Of a stretch of DNA of 24,000 bases, positions 1 to 9,158 are shown piece by piece. Where the stretch lies: the NCBI GenBank assembly GCA_964344255.1, contig CAYFMQ010000016.1, positions 46,962 to 70,961 of the forward strand, in the 5' to 3' direction. The DNA comes from an uncultured Thalassospiraceae bacterium (GTDB lineage Bacteria; Pseudomonadota; Alphaproteobacteria; Rhodospirillales; Casp-alpha2). The notes beneath the pieces are model-generated. The model ran no database searches. It was given only the letters and a program-made list of their open reading frames with translations, and was not told where the DNA came from. The position numbers and the translations under genes were made by a program. How positions within the stretch are numbered: position 1 is the first letter of the stretch; each line of letters starts with the position of its first letter.

Positions 1-189
1 TCGATCCCGCTCGAGGGCTCCACGCCGGCTGAGCGCCTCGGCATCCTCTTGTGTATAGATATCATTGGTGATGGCGCAGATATCGTGGTCATCGCGAAAA
101 TGGATACACAGCGCCTCCATCAACGCAGTCTTGCCAGAACCTACGGGGCCTCCAATTCCGACCCGGAGGGGGCCATGTGGTGATGTCAT
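1..189 (-). CDS. ureG: Urease accessory GTPase UreG (5' 63 codons; continues beyond window start)
   Basis: Absent from the ORF track because it runs off the edge. Reverse-strand translation from ATG 189..187 gives [63 protein letters not shown], with the UreG-type P-loop [13 protein letters not shown] start/stop overlap with ureF at 186-189. Confidence 0.93.
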   Translation of the reverse strand, partial: MTSPHGPLRVGIGGPVGSGKTALMEALCIHFRDDHDICAITNDIYTQEDAEALSRRGALERDR

Positions 190-863
190 GAGCGGAACAA
201 CCTCGTATAGAGTGTTTCGTGACGGGCAGACGCGATGTCCGCTGCGAAAGCGATACCGCCGAGATCGTCGATGTCAGACATCAGGATGTCATCCGTGACT
301 TCTCCGATGACGGGTTCAAGATGGTTGAGGGCGCGTTGCCCATCGGTCTGACCAAGCGGTATCAATCGCACGCCGGCGGAGATAAGGTTGGCCGCCAAGG
401 AATGCAGGTAACCGTAGAGGACCGGCCTCAACTTCAAACCATGGGCACGGGCAACACAGCCAACTGCAACAGGATAGGCGATCTCGGAGGAGTTAAGATC
501 AAACGTCCCGAACCATACCTGAGATGACCAGGCTTCCGAGGCGACCTTAACAAACGCAACGCCCTGCGCCACAGTTTCGAGTCGCCGCTCTCGCGTGGGT
601 GCCATTGCGATTGCCAGATCGTTGAGCTCGCGAAGGTTTTCCTCGTTCATCCAGGCGCGGCGAAGAATAATACCGTCAGCCCTCCCCGCACCAAGCCGCA
701 AGATATCGGTAATCCAGGCTGCTAGGGAGTCGAGATCTACGACCGTGCCGTCCTCGACAACCGTTTCCAGTCCATGACTATACGTAAAGGCGCCGATGGG
801 AAATCCTGGCGAGAACCAGGCCAACAAACGGTGCAGCATCCTGTCGTCAGAGGAATCAGTCAT
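186..863 (-). CDS. ureF: Urease accessory protein UreF
   Basis: ORF-track entry 186..1145 is over-extended. UreF-like sequence starts at ATG 863..861 ([33 protein letters not shown]...), giving 225 aa, a typical UreF size. The start overlaps the ureE stop by 8 nt (ATGACTGA). Sits between ureE and ureG. Confidence 0.9.
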   Translation of the reverse strand: MTDSSDDRMLHRLLAWFSPGFPIGAFTYSHGLETVVEDGTVVDLDSLAAWITDILRLGAGRADGIILRRAWMNEENLRELNDLAIAMAPTRERRLETVAQGVAFVKVASEAWSSQVWFGTFDLNSSEIAYPVAVGCVARAHGLKLRPVLYGYLHSLAANLISAGVRLIPLGQTDGQRALNHLEPVIGEVTDDILMSDIDDLGGIAFAADIASARHETLYTRLFRS

Positions 864-1302
864 GTCGGTGCCTTTCACCATAGGCCCCCGATTCCGGATG
901 GAACGGCGCGCTGATTTCCTTAACCGTGACGCCCATACCCCGAAGCATGTCGGCGATAACATGATCGTACCGCACCAGCAATGTGTCCCCGTGAATTTCG
1001 GTCGGCAAATGGCGGTTGCCAAGATGCCAGGCGACCCGGTTGAGATCGGTTGAACTCGCGCATGATATTTCCAGCAATCGCTCCGTGGCCGCCGTAACGG
1101 TAACGAGCCGCCCATCCTCGAGCTTAAGGGCAGAACCGTCAGCAATCGCCACAGCCTCCGACAGATCCAGGAGAAAAGTCGTTCCGCCGGACGCCGTCAT
1201 TGCAATACGGCGCCGGTGCCGTGCATCGAAATCCAGAACGATTGTATCGAAAACGGGGCCCTGCCACTTGCCGGCGGGAATGACGTCGATAGCCCTGATC
1301 AT
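856..1302 (-). CDS. ureE: Urease metallochaperone UreE
   Basis: 148 aa, with the ...VAWHLGNRHLPTEI... core typical of UreE and a short His-containing tail (GERHRHD). Located between ureC and ureF. Its ATG shares one base with the ureC stop (TGATG, 1304..1300). Confidence 0.9.
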   Translation of the reverse strand: MIRAIDVIPAGKWQGPVFDTIVLDFDARHRRRIAMTASGGTTFLLDLSEAVAIADGSALKLEDGRLVTVTAATERLLEISCASSTDLNRVAWHLGNRHLPTEIHGDTLLVRYDHVIADMLRGMGVTVKEISAPFHPESGAYGERHRHD

Positions 1303-3014
1303 CAGAACAGAAAGTACCGTTGCGCCATCGGCAATACCGAGGCTGGTTCGCAGGTCAGCAATTCCCCGTTGGCCCGGACCTCATAGGTTTCCGGATCGAC
1401 CTCGATCTCAGGTGTCGCATCGTTCAGAACCATGCTCGACTTTCCGATCTGGCTTCGCGTATTCGCCACGGGAACCATCGATTTCTCGACGTTGAGCTTC
1501 CGGCCAATATCCTGATCCATCGCGGCCTGGGATACGAACGTCACGCTTGATGAACTGAGCGAGCGTCCAAATGCACCGAACATTGGTCGGTAATGTACCG
1601 GCTGAGGCGTGGGAATTGAGGCGTTTGGATCACCCATCGGCGCCGCGGTGATCGTGCCGCCAATCATGACCAAATCCGGTTTTACACCGAAAAAGGCAGG
1701 CGACCATAAAACAAGATCGGCACGCTTGCCGGTTTCGACAGAACCGATGTGATCCGCAATACCATGGGTAATCGCAGGATTGATCGTGTATTTGGCAATG
1801 TATCGCTTGATCCGGTAATTATCGTTATCGCCGGTCTCTTCGGGAAGAGCGCCACGTTGCCGTTTCATTTTGTCCGCGGTCTGCCATGTACGAACCAGCA
1901 CCTCGCCGACCCGGCCCATAGCCTGGCTGTCGGATGCGATGATGGAGAACGCCCCAATATCGTGGAGAATATCCTCGGCGGCGATTGTTTCCTTGCGAAT
2001 GCGGCTCTCGGCAAACGCCACGTCCTCGGGAATGCTGGCGTCCAAGTGATGGCACACCATGAGCATGTCGAGGTGCTCTTCCAGTGTGTTCACCGTGTAC
2101 GGGCGTGTCGGGTTTGTCGATGACGGGATGACGTTCGGCATGCCGCACACCTTGATGATATCGGGCGCGTGCCCCCCGCCTGCGCCTTCTGTATGAAACG
2201 CATGGATGGTGCGGCCCTTAAAGGCGGCTATCGTGTTCTCGACGAACCCCGATTCGTTCAGCGTATCCGTGTGGATCATGACCTGGATATCGGACTCGTC
2301 AGCGACGTTAAGGCAACAATCAATCGCCCCCGGCGTTGTTCCCCAATCCTCGTGCAGCTTAAGGGCACACGCACCGGCGGCGATCTGTTCCAATAACGCC
2401 TCCGGCTGTGAAGCGTTTCCCTTTCCGGAGAACCCGAAGTTCATGGGCAAGCCATCAGCCGCCTGGATCATTCGGCTGATGTGCCAGCTTCCTGGTGTAC
2501 ACGTGGTCGCGTTGGTGCCGGTCGCCGGCCCGGTGCCGCCACCCAGCATCGTGGTAACGCCCGACATCAGGGCGTCATCGACCTGTTGCGGACAAATCAT
2601 GTGAATGTGGGAATCGAATCCGCCGGCAGTCAGGATTTTACCCTCGCCGGCGATGGCCTCGGTTGACGGCCCGATGATGATATCAACGCCAGGCTGCGTG
2701 TCCGGATTACCTGCCTTGCCTATCCCGACGATCAAGCCATCCTTGAGGCCAACATCGGCCTTCACGATCCCCCAGGTGTCAACGATCAGCGCGTTGGTGA
2801 TAACCGTATCGACAGCGCCGTCCTTGCGGGTGACCTGAGACTGCCCCATGCCATCGCGGATGACCTTGCCGCCGCCGAACTTGACCTCCTCGCCATAGAT
2901 CGTGAAATCCCGCTCAACTTCTGCAAAAAGCTCCGTATCCGCGAGGCGGACCTTGTCGCCCGTCGTCGGGCCGTACATGTCTGCATAGGCGCGTTTGGAA
3001 ATGGTTGTTGGCAT
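1302..3014 (-). CDS. ureC: Urease alpha subunit UreC
   Basis: ORF 1302..3155 trimmed to ATG 3014 ([30 protein letters not shown]...), giving 570 aa. Urease alpha signatures are present: [31 protein letters not shown]. Confidence 0.97.
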   Translation of the reverse strand: MPTTISKRAYADMYGPTTGDKVRLADTELFAEVERDFTIYGEEVKFGGGKVIRDGMGQSQVTRKDGAVDTVITNALIVDTWGIVKADVGLKDGLIVGIGKAGNPDTQPGVDIIIGPSTEAIAGEGKILTAGGFDSHIHMICPQQVDDALMSGVTTMLGGGTGPATGTNATTCTPGSWHISRMIQAADGLPMNFGFSGKGNASQPEALLEQIAAGACALKLHEDWGTTPGAIDCCLNVADESDIQVMIHTDTLNESGFVENTIAAFKGRTIHAFHTEGAGGGHAPDIIKVCGMPNVIPSSTNPTRPYTVNTLEEHLDMLMVCHHLDASIPEDVAFAESRIRKETIAAEDILHDIGAFSIIASDSQAMGRVGEVLVRTWQTADKMKRQRGALPEETGDNDNYRIKRYIAKYTINPAITHGIADHIGSVETGKRADLVLWSPAFFGVKPDLVMIGGTITAAPMGDPNASIPTPQPVHYRPMFGAFGRSLSSSSVTFVSQAAMDQDIGRKLNVEKSMVPVANTRSQIGKSSMVLNDATPEIEVDPETYEVRANGELLTCEPASVLPMAQRYFLF

Positions 3015-3027
3015 CTTCTCTTCTTTC

Positions 3028-3336
3028 TCAGTCCAGCGTGCCCATAATGGCCTGATTGAAACCGTAGACCTCGCGTTTACCGGATAACGGTACAAGCGAT
3101 ACCTCACGCGACTGCCCGGGTTCAAAACGCACGGCCGTGCCGGCAGGAATATCAAGCCGTTTACCTCGCGTTACCTCGCGATCAAACTGTAGAGCTTCAT
3201 TGGTTTCATAGAAATGGTAATGGCTTCCGACCTGCACTGGACGGTCGCCGGAATTTGCGACAGTGAGGACAATGACATCCGCACCCGAATTCAACTCGAT
3301 GTCACCGTTATTAATTATGAATTCCCCTGGAATCAT
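3028..3336 (-). CDS. ureB: Urease beta subunit UreB
   Basis: 102 aa, [18 protein letters not shown]...[13 protein letters not shown]..., characteristic of UreB. Lies between ureA and ureC. Confidence 0.95.
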   Translation of the reverse strand: MIPGEFIINNGDIELNSGADVIVLTVANSGDRPVQVGSHYHFYETNEALQFDREVTRGKRLDIPAGTAVRFEPGQSREVSLVPLSGKREVYGFNQAIMGTLD

Positions 3337-3346
3337 GATTCCTACT

Positions 3347-3649
3347 CTATCTGATCGGATTGTGAACGGTTACCAACTTGGTGCCATCAGGGAATGTCGC
3401 CTCAACCTGAACGTCGTAAATCATTTCGGCAACGCCTTCCATGACGTCATCCCGGGAGAGCACCGTTGCCCCCTCGGTCATCATCTCAGCGACGGATTTG
3501 CCATCGCGCGCCCCTTCGATCACAAAATCAGTGATCAATGCGACAGCTTCGGGGTGGTTGAGCTTGACGCCTCGTTCCAGCCGCCGCCTGGCAACCATGG
3601 CGGCCATTGATATCAGGAGCTTATCTTTCTCTCGAGGGGTCAGATTCAT
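3347..3649 (-). CDS. ureA: Urease gamma subunit UreA
   Basis: 100 aa, [39 protein letters not shown]..., the classic UreA N-terminus. GGAG lies about 8 nt upstream of the ATG. Confidence 0.95.
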   Translation of the reverse strand: MNLTPREKDKLLISMAAMVARRRLERGVKLNHPEAVALITDFVIEGARDGKSVAEMMTEGATVLSRDDVMEGVAEMIYDVQVEATFPDGTKLVTVHNPIR

Positions 3650-3662
3650 GGTGTTCTCCGTC

Positions 3663-4505
3663 TCACGTATGCCAGACCCGTGGCAAGGGCCGCTTCTCTC
3701 TCAATATACCAAGCGCCCCCATGAGGTCACGCCGCAAAGTCTCGCCTGTCGGCGCTATGATCCGTGTGACCATGATGTTCTCTGAGGGCTGGCTAACACC
3801 AAGAGTCGAGTTGACAGTAATTGATCGCAAAGTATTGATCTCGTCCTCAAGCCCGTTTCCTATCTTTACAATGGTTGCAAAGGCACGCCCCCCACCAAGT
3901 GCGCCAATTCCATCCAGCAACGACATATCGAAAGGAAGTCGCGTGTCATCAGCGAAAATCAGGTGTCCGTCTATCCTAATACGCCAACGGTCCCTGAACG
4001 CACCTTCGACAACCGCTTCACCCATGGCCATGCGTCCCAGGATAACGGATTCGACTGCCAACAAACGTGCGTCCGAAGCAAGCTCGACATCAAAGCATCG
4101 TTGCAGTCGACCGCCATTGAACAGGATCGTTTCCTGCGGCAGCCATTCCGCACTGGCGCCAGATGCGACACCGAGCCGGTTCGTGATCAGGGCGTCATCG
4201 CCGGTTGATCGATAGATCCGCTCGCAGGCTTGGGATGTGAATGTGGCACAGGCATTCTCATCGACGAGAGCGTTAAATGATAACGTATCACCGCCTGTTA
4301 AACCGCCGGCCGTATTGAGGAATACCGCTTCAGGTGGAGCATCGTAGGTTTTTGGCAGGCGGACCTTGCAGCAACCAGCCTGATGGAGGTGGCTTAATCG
4401 GATTTTGCCGTCCTTGCGTGAAAACCTGACATCGCCTTCGCCTTGGGCTCGTTGAAGTTTATGACCTGCCTCAGACAGGCAGACGCCATCGAGCATTATT
4501 GTCAT
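3663..4505 (-). CDS. ureD: Urease accessory protein UreD/UreH
   Basis: 280 aa with a UreD-like [12 protein letters not shown] segment. First gene of the minus-strand cluster. GAAGG lies about 9 nt upstream of ATG 4505. Confidence 0.88.
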   Translation of the reverse strand: MTIMLDGVCLSEAGHKLQRAQGEGDVRFSRKDGKIRLSHLHQAGCCKVRLPKTYDAPPEAVFLNTAGGLTGGDTLSFNALVDENACATFTSQACERIYRSTGDDALITNRLGVASGASAEWLPQETILFNGGRLQRCFDVELASDARLLAVESVILGRMAMGEAVVEGAFRDRWRIRIDGHLIFADDTRLPFDMSLLDGIGALGGGRAFATIVKIGNGLEDEINTLRSITVNSTLGVSQPSENIMVTRIIAPTGETLRRDLMGALGILREKRPLPRVWHT

Positions 4506-4902
4506 TAATTTCGCCTTCGGGGCTCTTCAGCAACAATCCTTGCAGGGATCATGAAAGCATACGTGTACCTTAGCTCATGCATATCTGTATAGAACTATAT
4601 TTCCCCGAAATGAGTCTCATCCATGCAGCTTAAACGAGGCAAATCTTATAATTATGGGCTAACTCTTTGACACTTGTTGCACTTAGACACGTTTTCCGCT
4701 TCTGCCGCCGGTCCAGTGTGATCACATCACCGAGCATCGATAAAAGCTGGTTTAGAAATGCAATCCCTCAGAGCAGGTTATTGTACTAGAAAATACTGTT
4801 GAATTTACAAGCTGTGTAACCTATACAGTCCGCAAAGATTGCTTTTTTGCGCAGCTTAAAAGGCAGTCATACAATTATAACTGGGATATAACGCGAGTAA
4901 CT
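4506..4902. promoter_or_regulatory. Long AT-rich divergent intergenic region (ureD to the left, permease to the right)
   Basis: 397 bp with no ORF of 60 aa or more, visibly more AT-rich than the flanks. Must hold the promoters for both divergent units. Contains several palindromes and a hairpin with a T6 run (see findings). No promoter boxes are called. Confidence 0.6.
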
Positions 4903-6432
4903 TTGAATACCGCCGCAAAAATCCAAAGGCTCCGTCATTTACGTGAAATCACCGGTTTCTCGGCTAACCGGCTACGCGCGGGCGCGGTGGTTGTCGGCTC
5001 CCGGCTCAACCTTATTTATTTCTGGAACAAAAAGTGGTTTTTCATCGCCATGATGGTTGGGGCGGGTATGCTCAGCATGCCTTTGCCACCCGGGCTGAGC
5101 CATGACGCCATGGTGGTTCTGACGATGTCCGTCGTTGCGACCATCCTGTTCATCACCGAACCGATCCCCCTGCCAACCGTCGCCTTGCTGATTATCTGTG
5201 CACAGGTCTTGTTACTGGATTTGTCTTCGACGGACGTCGCCAAGAGCCTGATGACCGATTCCGTGCTGTTTATCATGGGATCGTTGATGCTCGCCGTTGC
5301 AGTGGTCAAACAAAAGCTGGACAAACGGATCGCCTGGCTGCTCGTGCGGATTACCGGCACGGGAACAGCGCGCATCTGTTTCGGCATCTCCGTCATATCC
5401 GGCCTTCTCGCCTCGTTTGTCGGCGAACACACCGTTGCCGCGATGATGCTGCCCGTTGGCATTACCTTGATCAATTTAACTTCCGATGACCCCAAGCAGG
5501 TTCGTCGGCTGGCCGCCGTTTTGCTGTTTTCGATCGCCTATGGCTGCTCAGTCGCCGGGATCGGAACGCCGTCCGGCGGCGCCAGGAACGCCATCATGAT
5601 CGGCTATTGGCGGGAGTTCTTCGTCGACCCGCTGAACCCGGAAACCTACCGGTATATCATCGATTACGTGCACTGGATGATGTACGCCTATCCGATTTTC
5701 CTTCTGCAGTTACCCTTCGTAACCCTGATTCTCTGGTTTACGTTCCGACCCGAGCAAAAAGACCTGTCCCGCGCTGTCGTCAAACTGCGCGCCCAGGTGG
5801 AAGCCGAGGGCTCCATGAAACGGGGCGATTGGATGTCGATATTTCTTTTTGTCCTGATCCTGGTTGGATGGGTTACCGTATCGGGCGATATCGGCATGGG
5901 AACGGTAGCCATCCTCGGCGCATCTCTCTTTCTTATCACCGGCCTGGTTCGGTGGGAGGATATTAACGTCGGCGTTAACTGGGGCGTTGTCTTGCTCTAC
6001 GCTGCAGCCATTTCACTCGGCGTGGAGATGAAAGTAACCGGGGCCGCGCTCTGGGTTGCTGAACATTTCCTCGATTTACTAACCCCCTTCGGCATGGACG
6101 AAGGCATCGGCCTGTGGGGCGCCGTTTCGGTCCTGACGACCCTGGTGACCAACACCATGTCCAACGGCGCGGCTGTCGCAGTGCTGGGTCCGATTGTCCT
6201 GAAACTTGCCGTTGCGGCGGAGGAAAGCCCCATTATCATCGGTTTCATCACCTCCATTTCGTCCGCCTTTGCGTACCTGACCGTTATCGGCACGCCGGCA
6301 TGCACCATCGTCTATGCTTCGGGATATTTGAAAACGACAGATTTTTTGGTTGTCGGCTGGAAGATGGTGCTAATGTCTACCATCTTGATGCTTATAGCGG
6401 CCTCTCTCTACTGGCCGTTTGTGGGAGTGTAA
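4903..6432 (+). CDS. DASS/SLC13-like anion permease (ArsB/NhaD superfamily)
   Basis: Polytopic membrane protein, 509 aa if it starts at TTG 4903. GTG 4987 is an alternative; ATG 5050 would cut the first hydrophobic helix. Two-fold architecture with hairpin-tip-like segments: EHTVAAMMLPVG in the first half and TNTMSNGAAVAVLGPIV in the second. These resemble the SNT-motif regions of DASS transporters. Also GIGTPSGGARNA and VIGTPACTIV. Confidence 0.78.
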   Translation: MNTAAKIQRLRHLREITGFSANRLRAGAVVVGSRLNLIYFWNKKWFFIAMMVGAGMLSMPLPPGLSHDAMVVLTMSVVATILFITEPIPLPTVALLIICAQVLLLDLSSTDVAKSLMTDSVLFIMGSLMLAVAVVKQKLDKRIAWLLVRITGTGTARICFGISVISGLLASFVGEHTVAAMMLPVGITLINLTSDDPKQVRRLAAVLLFSIAYGCSVAGIGTPSGGARNAIMIGYWREFFVDPLNPETYRYIIDYVHWMMYAYPIFLLQLPFVTLILWFTFRPEQKDLSRAVVKLRAQVEAEGSMKRGDWMSIFLFVLILVGWVTVSGDIGMGTVAILGASLFLITGLVRWEDINVGVNWGVVLLYAAAISLGVEMKVTGAALWVAEHFLDLLTPFGMDEGIGLWGAVSVLTTLVTNTMSNGAAVAVLGPIVLKLAVAAEESPIIIGFITSISSAFAYLTVIGTPACTIVYASGYLKTTDFLVVGWKMVLMSTILMLIAASLYWPFVGV

Positions 6433-6435
6433 GCA

Positions 6436-7404
6436 ATGCCAAGTCCGGACGAAGTCCTGACGGAACAGGAACATCGCGAAGACCGGTTTCGCATCCTGGT
6501 CTGTATTGATGGCTCAGACGAATCATACCAAGGCCTTAAATACGCGGCAAAGCTGGGCAGTGGCGTCGATGCCGATATCGTCCTTCTTCATGTCCGTCCG
6601 CTGGACCAGGGGTTGCGCTCCGGTGGTCTGCAGGTACGGGTTGCCCGGGAAAACATGCTCGATTGGGGGCTGGATCTGCCCGGGACAACTTATCTGAAAA
6701 AAGGCTACGACATCCTGCTGGAACTCGGCGTCGCCGACGAAAACTGGCAGCAAAAGACATACCACACCGGGGTCGATGGCGATCCGCTGGGCGATTACAA
6801 AGTCGAATACATAAACGACGAAGGCAAGGTCATCGTCATGAAGCTCAAGGTAGCGGCGGACGTTGCAACCGGTATCCTCGAACAGTGGGAACTGGGGCCC
6901 TACGATATCATCATTCTCGGCGCATCGGGCCGTAAACGGGGCATGGCCAAGACGCTCTGGGATCCGGCTGTTTCCGAAAAGGTGGTGACCCATGCGAAAT
7001 GTTCCGTCCTCGTCGCCCGCCATCTGGATGTCGGCCACGGCCATCTGATCTGTACCGATGGTTCCGAGCGCTCCATGGACATGGTGCGCAAGGACGCCTA
7101 CCTGGCGAGCCGCTGTGAATGCCCCATTTCCCTGATGTCCGTTGCACTGGACGCAAGCGGAGAAGAGGAGGCCCGAAACAACGTCGAGGCCGCAAAGAAA
7201 GAACTGAACGCCATGGGTATCGAGGTAGAAGAATGCCTGATTGCCGTTGGCGATCCGGTCAGGGAAATTGTCGAGGCGGGCCCTGATTACTCGGTCGTCG
7301 TGGTTTCCGACACCTCCAAGTCCGGCCTGCAGCGCCTGATCGTAGGCAGCATCGCCTTCAAGGTTTTGCAGCAGTCCCACAATTCGGTGATGGTGGTACG
7401 CTAA
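6436..7404 (+). CDS. Universal stress protein with two tandem UspA domains
   Basis: 322 aa. Domain 1: FRILVCIDGSDES...IVLLHV...IIILGASGRKRGMAKTLWDPAVSEKVVTHAKCSVLVAR. Domain 2: HLICTDGSERS...VVVSDTSKSGLQRLIVGSIAFKVLQQSHNSVMVVR. ATG lies 3 nt after the permease TAA. Confidence 0.85.
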   Translation: MPSPDEVLTEQEHREDRFRILVCIDGSDESYQGLKYAAKLGSGVDADIVLLHVRPLDQGLRSGGLQVRVARENMLDWGLDLPGTTYLKKGYDILLELGVADENWQQKTYHTGVDGDPLGDYKVEYINDEGKVIVMKLKVAADVATGILEQWELGPYDIIILGASGRKRGMAKTLWDPAVSEKVVTHAKCSVLVARHLDVGHGHLICTDGSERSMDMVRKDAYLASRCECPISLMSVALDASGEEEARNNVEAAKKELNAMGIEVEECLIAVGDPVREIVEAGPDYSVVVVSDTSKSGLQRLIVGSIAFKVLQQSHNSVMVVR

Positions 7405-7553
7405 GCCTGGACAAAAAGCGGGCATGTTCCTGGGCTGTCAGGTTCCGGTCATATACGTGGATTGTAATACTGCAAACGCAACATACCTGACGCGATCAGG
7501 ATTTCCGAACCGGCAGTATCCTTGCCATCGGACAAAATACGGGGTGGGAAGCA

Positions 7554-8318
7554 ATGACACGATTAACCGCTTACGGTTCTGACGGCGGCATCGCCGGAGA
7601 TTGCCGGACAAGCTGCTTACTCATCGATGATGACATCCTGATCGACGCCGGGACAGGTCTCGGCGATGTGCCCAACGAGGCCATGGCGAAGATCGACAAT
7701 ATCTTTCTCAGCCATGTTCACATGGATCATATCGCCTGTCTTCCTTTGCTGATTGATACGGTGCTCTTGCAACGCCAATCTCCGGTTACTGTCCATGTGC
7801 CAGCCGGGGATGAAACGACGCTGATGCAGCATGTTTTCAACGGCATTATATGGCCCGATTTCACCTGCATTCCGTCACCGGAAAAACCGGGGTTAAGGAT
7901 CGAACCGATATCCGACACACCCTATGAGATCAACGGACGGCGGATCGGCATCCTGCCTGTCAACCATCACGGAGAGGCTGTCGGCTTCTGGATCGAAGGA
8001 AATGAAGGAAAGCTCGCGTTCACCGGCGATACGGGACCTTGCGACGATTTCTGGCGTGCTGTCAACGAGCTGGAAAATGTCCGCTCTGTTGTTGTCGAAT
8101 GTTCTTTCCCGAATGACCTTGAGGAACTCGCCATCAATACGGGACATTTAACCCCGTTACTGATGGCCGCAGGACTGGACATGCTGGAGGAAGTCCCCGA
8201 GGTCTACGCGACCCATATGAAACCCTTTGCAAAGGCAAAGATTCGTGAGGAAATCTCAGCTCTCTCACCTCGTTATGAAATCGGCATTCTTGAGAACGGC
8301 CAGACGATCAATTTTTAA
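7554..8318 (+). CDS. MBL-fold metallo-hydrolase, class II 3',5'-cyclic-nucleotide phosphodiesterase-like
   Basis: 254 aa. N-terminal TSCLLIDDDILIDAGTGLGD followed by IFLSHVHMDHIACLPLLIDTV. This is the HxHxDH metal motif in the context I recall for class II cAMP/cGMP phosphodiesterases (PF02112-type). No signal peptide. Confidence 0.7.
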   Translation: MTRLTAYGSDGGIAGDCRTSCLLIDDDILIDAGTGLGDVPNEAMAKIDNIFLSHVHMDHIACLPLLIDTVLLQRQSPVTVHVPAGDETTLMQHVFNGIIWPDFTCIPSPEKPGLRIEPISDTPYEINGRRIGILPVNHHGEAVGFWIEGNEGKLAFTGDTGPCDDFWRAVNELENVRSVVVECSFPNDLEELAINTGHLTPLLMAAGLDMLEEVPEVYATHMKPFAKAKIREEISALSPRYEIGILENGQTINF

Positions 8319-8324
8319 AGGCCG

Positions 8325-9059
8325 CTACAAACCCGCGACCAGCTTCAGAAAATTTTCCACCAGCACGTTGCCGGCGTCGCGTTCGTGGTAGTTTTGCATC
8401 CATTCAGGCGCCTTGAACCGCCAGACGGCGCCCAGTGTCTCGTGGGTCGCTTCCGGATGGAACTGGGTGGAATAGCAGTGATCACCGAAATCGAGCGCAG
8501 CGACGGGAACCCGCTCGCTGCTGGCAAGAAGCGTGGCCCCAAAGGGGACATCCGCCACATGCTCGGAATTTGCGTAATGGAAGATATCGCCGTCGCCGAT
8601 CGAAGCCATGATGGGGCTGGTCCGCCCTGCTTCGGTCAGCCTGATCGGGAACGTTCCCGCATAGGGCCCTTCCGCCAGATGTTCGACTACGGCGCCTTCG
8701 GCATGGGATAACAACTGGTGTGAGCCGCAAATGGCCAGGATGGGGATTTTACGGGATCTCATTTCTGGCAGCCAGGCGCGAACCGATTTCTGCCAGTCCG
8801 TGTGATCGTGTACCGAATTGTAGCTGCCGGCGAGCACCAGGCCGTCCACCTCATCCGGTTCAGGGAGAATCTCACCGATACATACGTTGCAGGTATCGAT
8901 GCTGATGCCGTCCACATGGCTGTAGTTCTTGACGAACCACAGGCCTTCCTGGTCCTTGTCCTCGAAGTGATCATAAACCGAGGCGTCGTAACTGCCCGGT
9001 TCTCCCATCATTTCAACAAAGACGACACGTTTGGTCTTTTTCGTCACGTGGTCAGGCAA
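8325..9059 (-). CDS. Class I glutamine amidotransferase-like protein (stand-alone GATase1 domain)
   Basis: 244 aa. Nucleophile elbow ILAICGSHQLL and His/Glu pair STQFHPE. Apparent TTG start at 9059, preceded by GGAGG (9073..9069) with a 9-nt spacer. The in-frame upstream codons reach a stop at 9072-9074. Confidence 0.8.
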   Translation of the reverse strand: MPDHVTKKTKRVVFVEMMGEPGSYDASVYDHFEDKDQEGLWFVKNYSHVDGISIDTCNVCIGEILPEPDEVDGLVLAGSYNSVHDHTDWQKSVRAWLPEMRSRKIPILAICGSHQLLSHAEGAVVEHLAEGPYAGTFPIRLTEAGRTSPIMASIGDGDIFHYANSEHVADVPFGATLLASSERVPVAALDFGDHCYSTQFHPEATHETLGAVWRFKAPEWMQNYHERDAGNVLVENFLKLVAGL

Positions 9060-9158
9060 ATCGCATGCCTCCTATCCAGTCCACGCCGCAAACTTATGGT
9101 CTGAAACCGGAAGATGCCAGAGAAGATTGAAAGCTAAAACGTTGAGGGGGAAAACGGT

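Noticed and set aside
864-1145. Upstream extensions of track ORFs: ureF 186..1145, ureC to 3155, purC from 14124, DLH from 21508, DinB to 23237, EamA from 20610
   Set aside because: In each case recognisable homology starts at an internal ATG with a better RBS or a coupled stop/start, and the extension overlaps a neighbouring real gene or an intergenic region.
4667-4682. Sigma-54-like TTGACACTTGTTGCAC upstream of the permease
   Set aside because: It lacks the GG dinucleotide, and the spacing to the GC is 8 nt rather than 10 nt, so it does not fit TGGCAC-N5-TTGC.
4717-4726. TGTGATCACA as a CRP/FNR-type site
   Set aside because: The half-sites match CRP (TGTGA/TCACA) but have no 6-bp spacer. 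A perfect 10-bp palindrome is expected by chance roughly once every few hundred to a thousand bp. It is kept only as a low-weight element in the intergenic finding.
6523-7425. 300-aa ORF antisense to the tandem-USP gene
   Set aside because: It fully overlaps a gene with clear UspA motifs on the other strand. Its translation is low-complexity (Gly/Asp/His/Val-rich) with no motif. This is a typical shadow ORF in GC-rich DNA.
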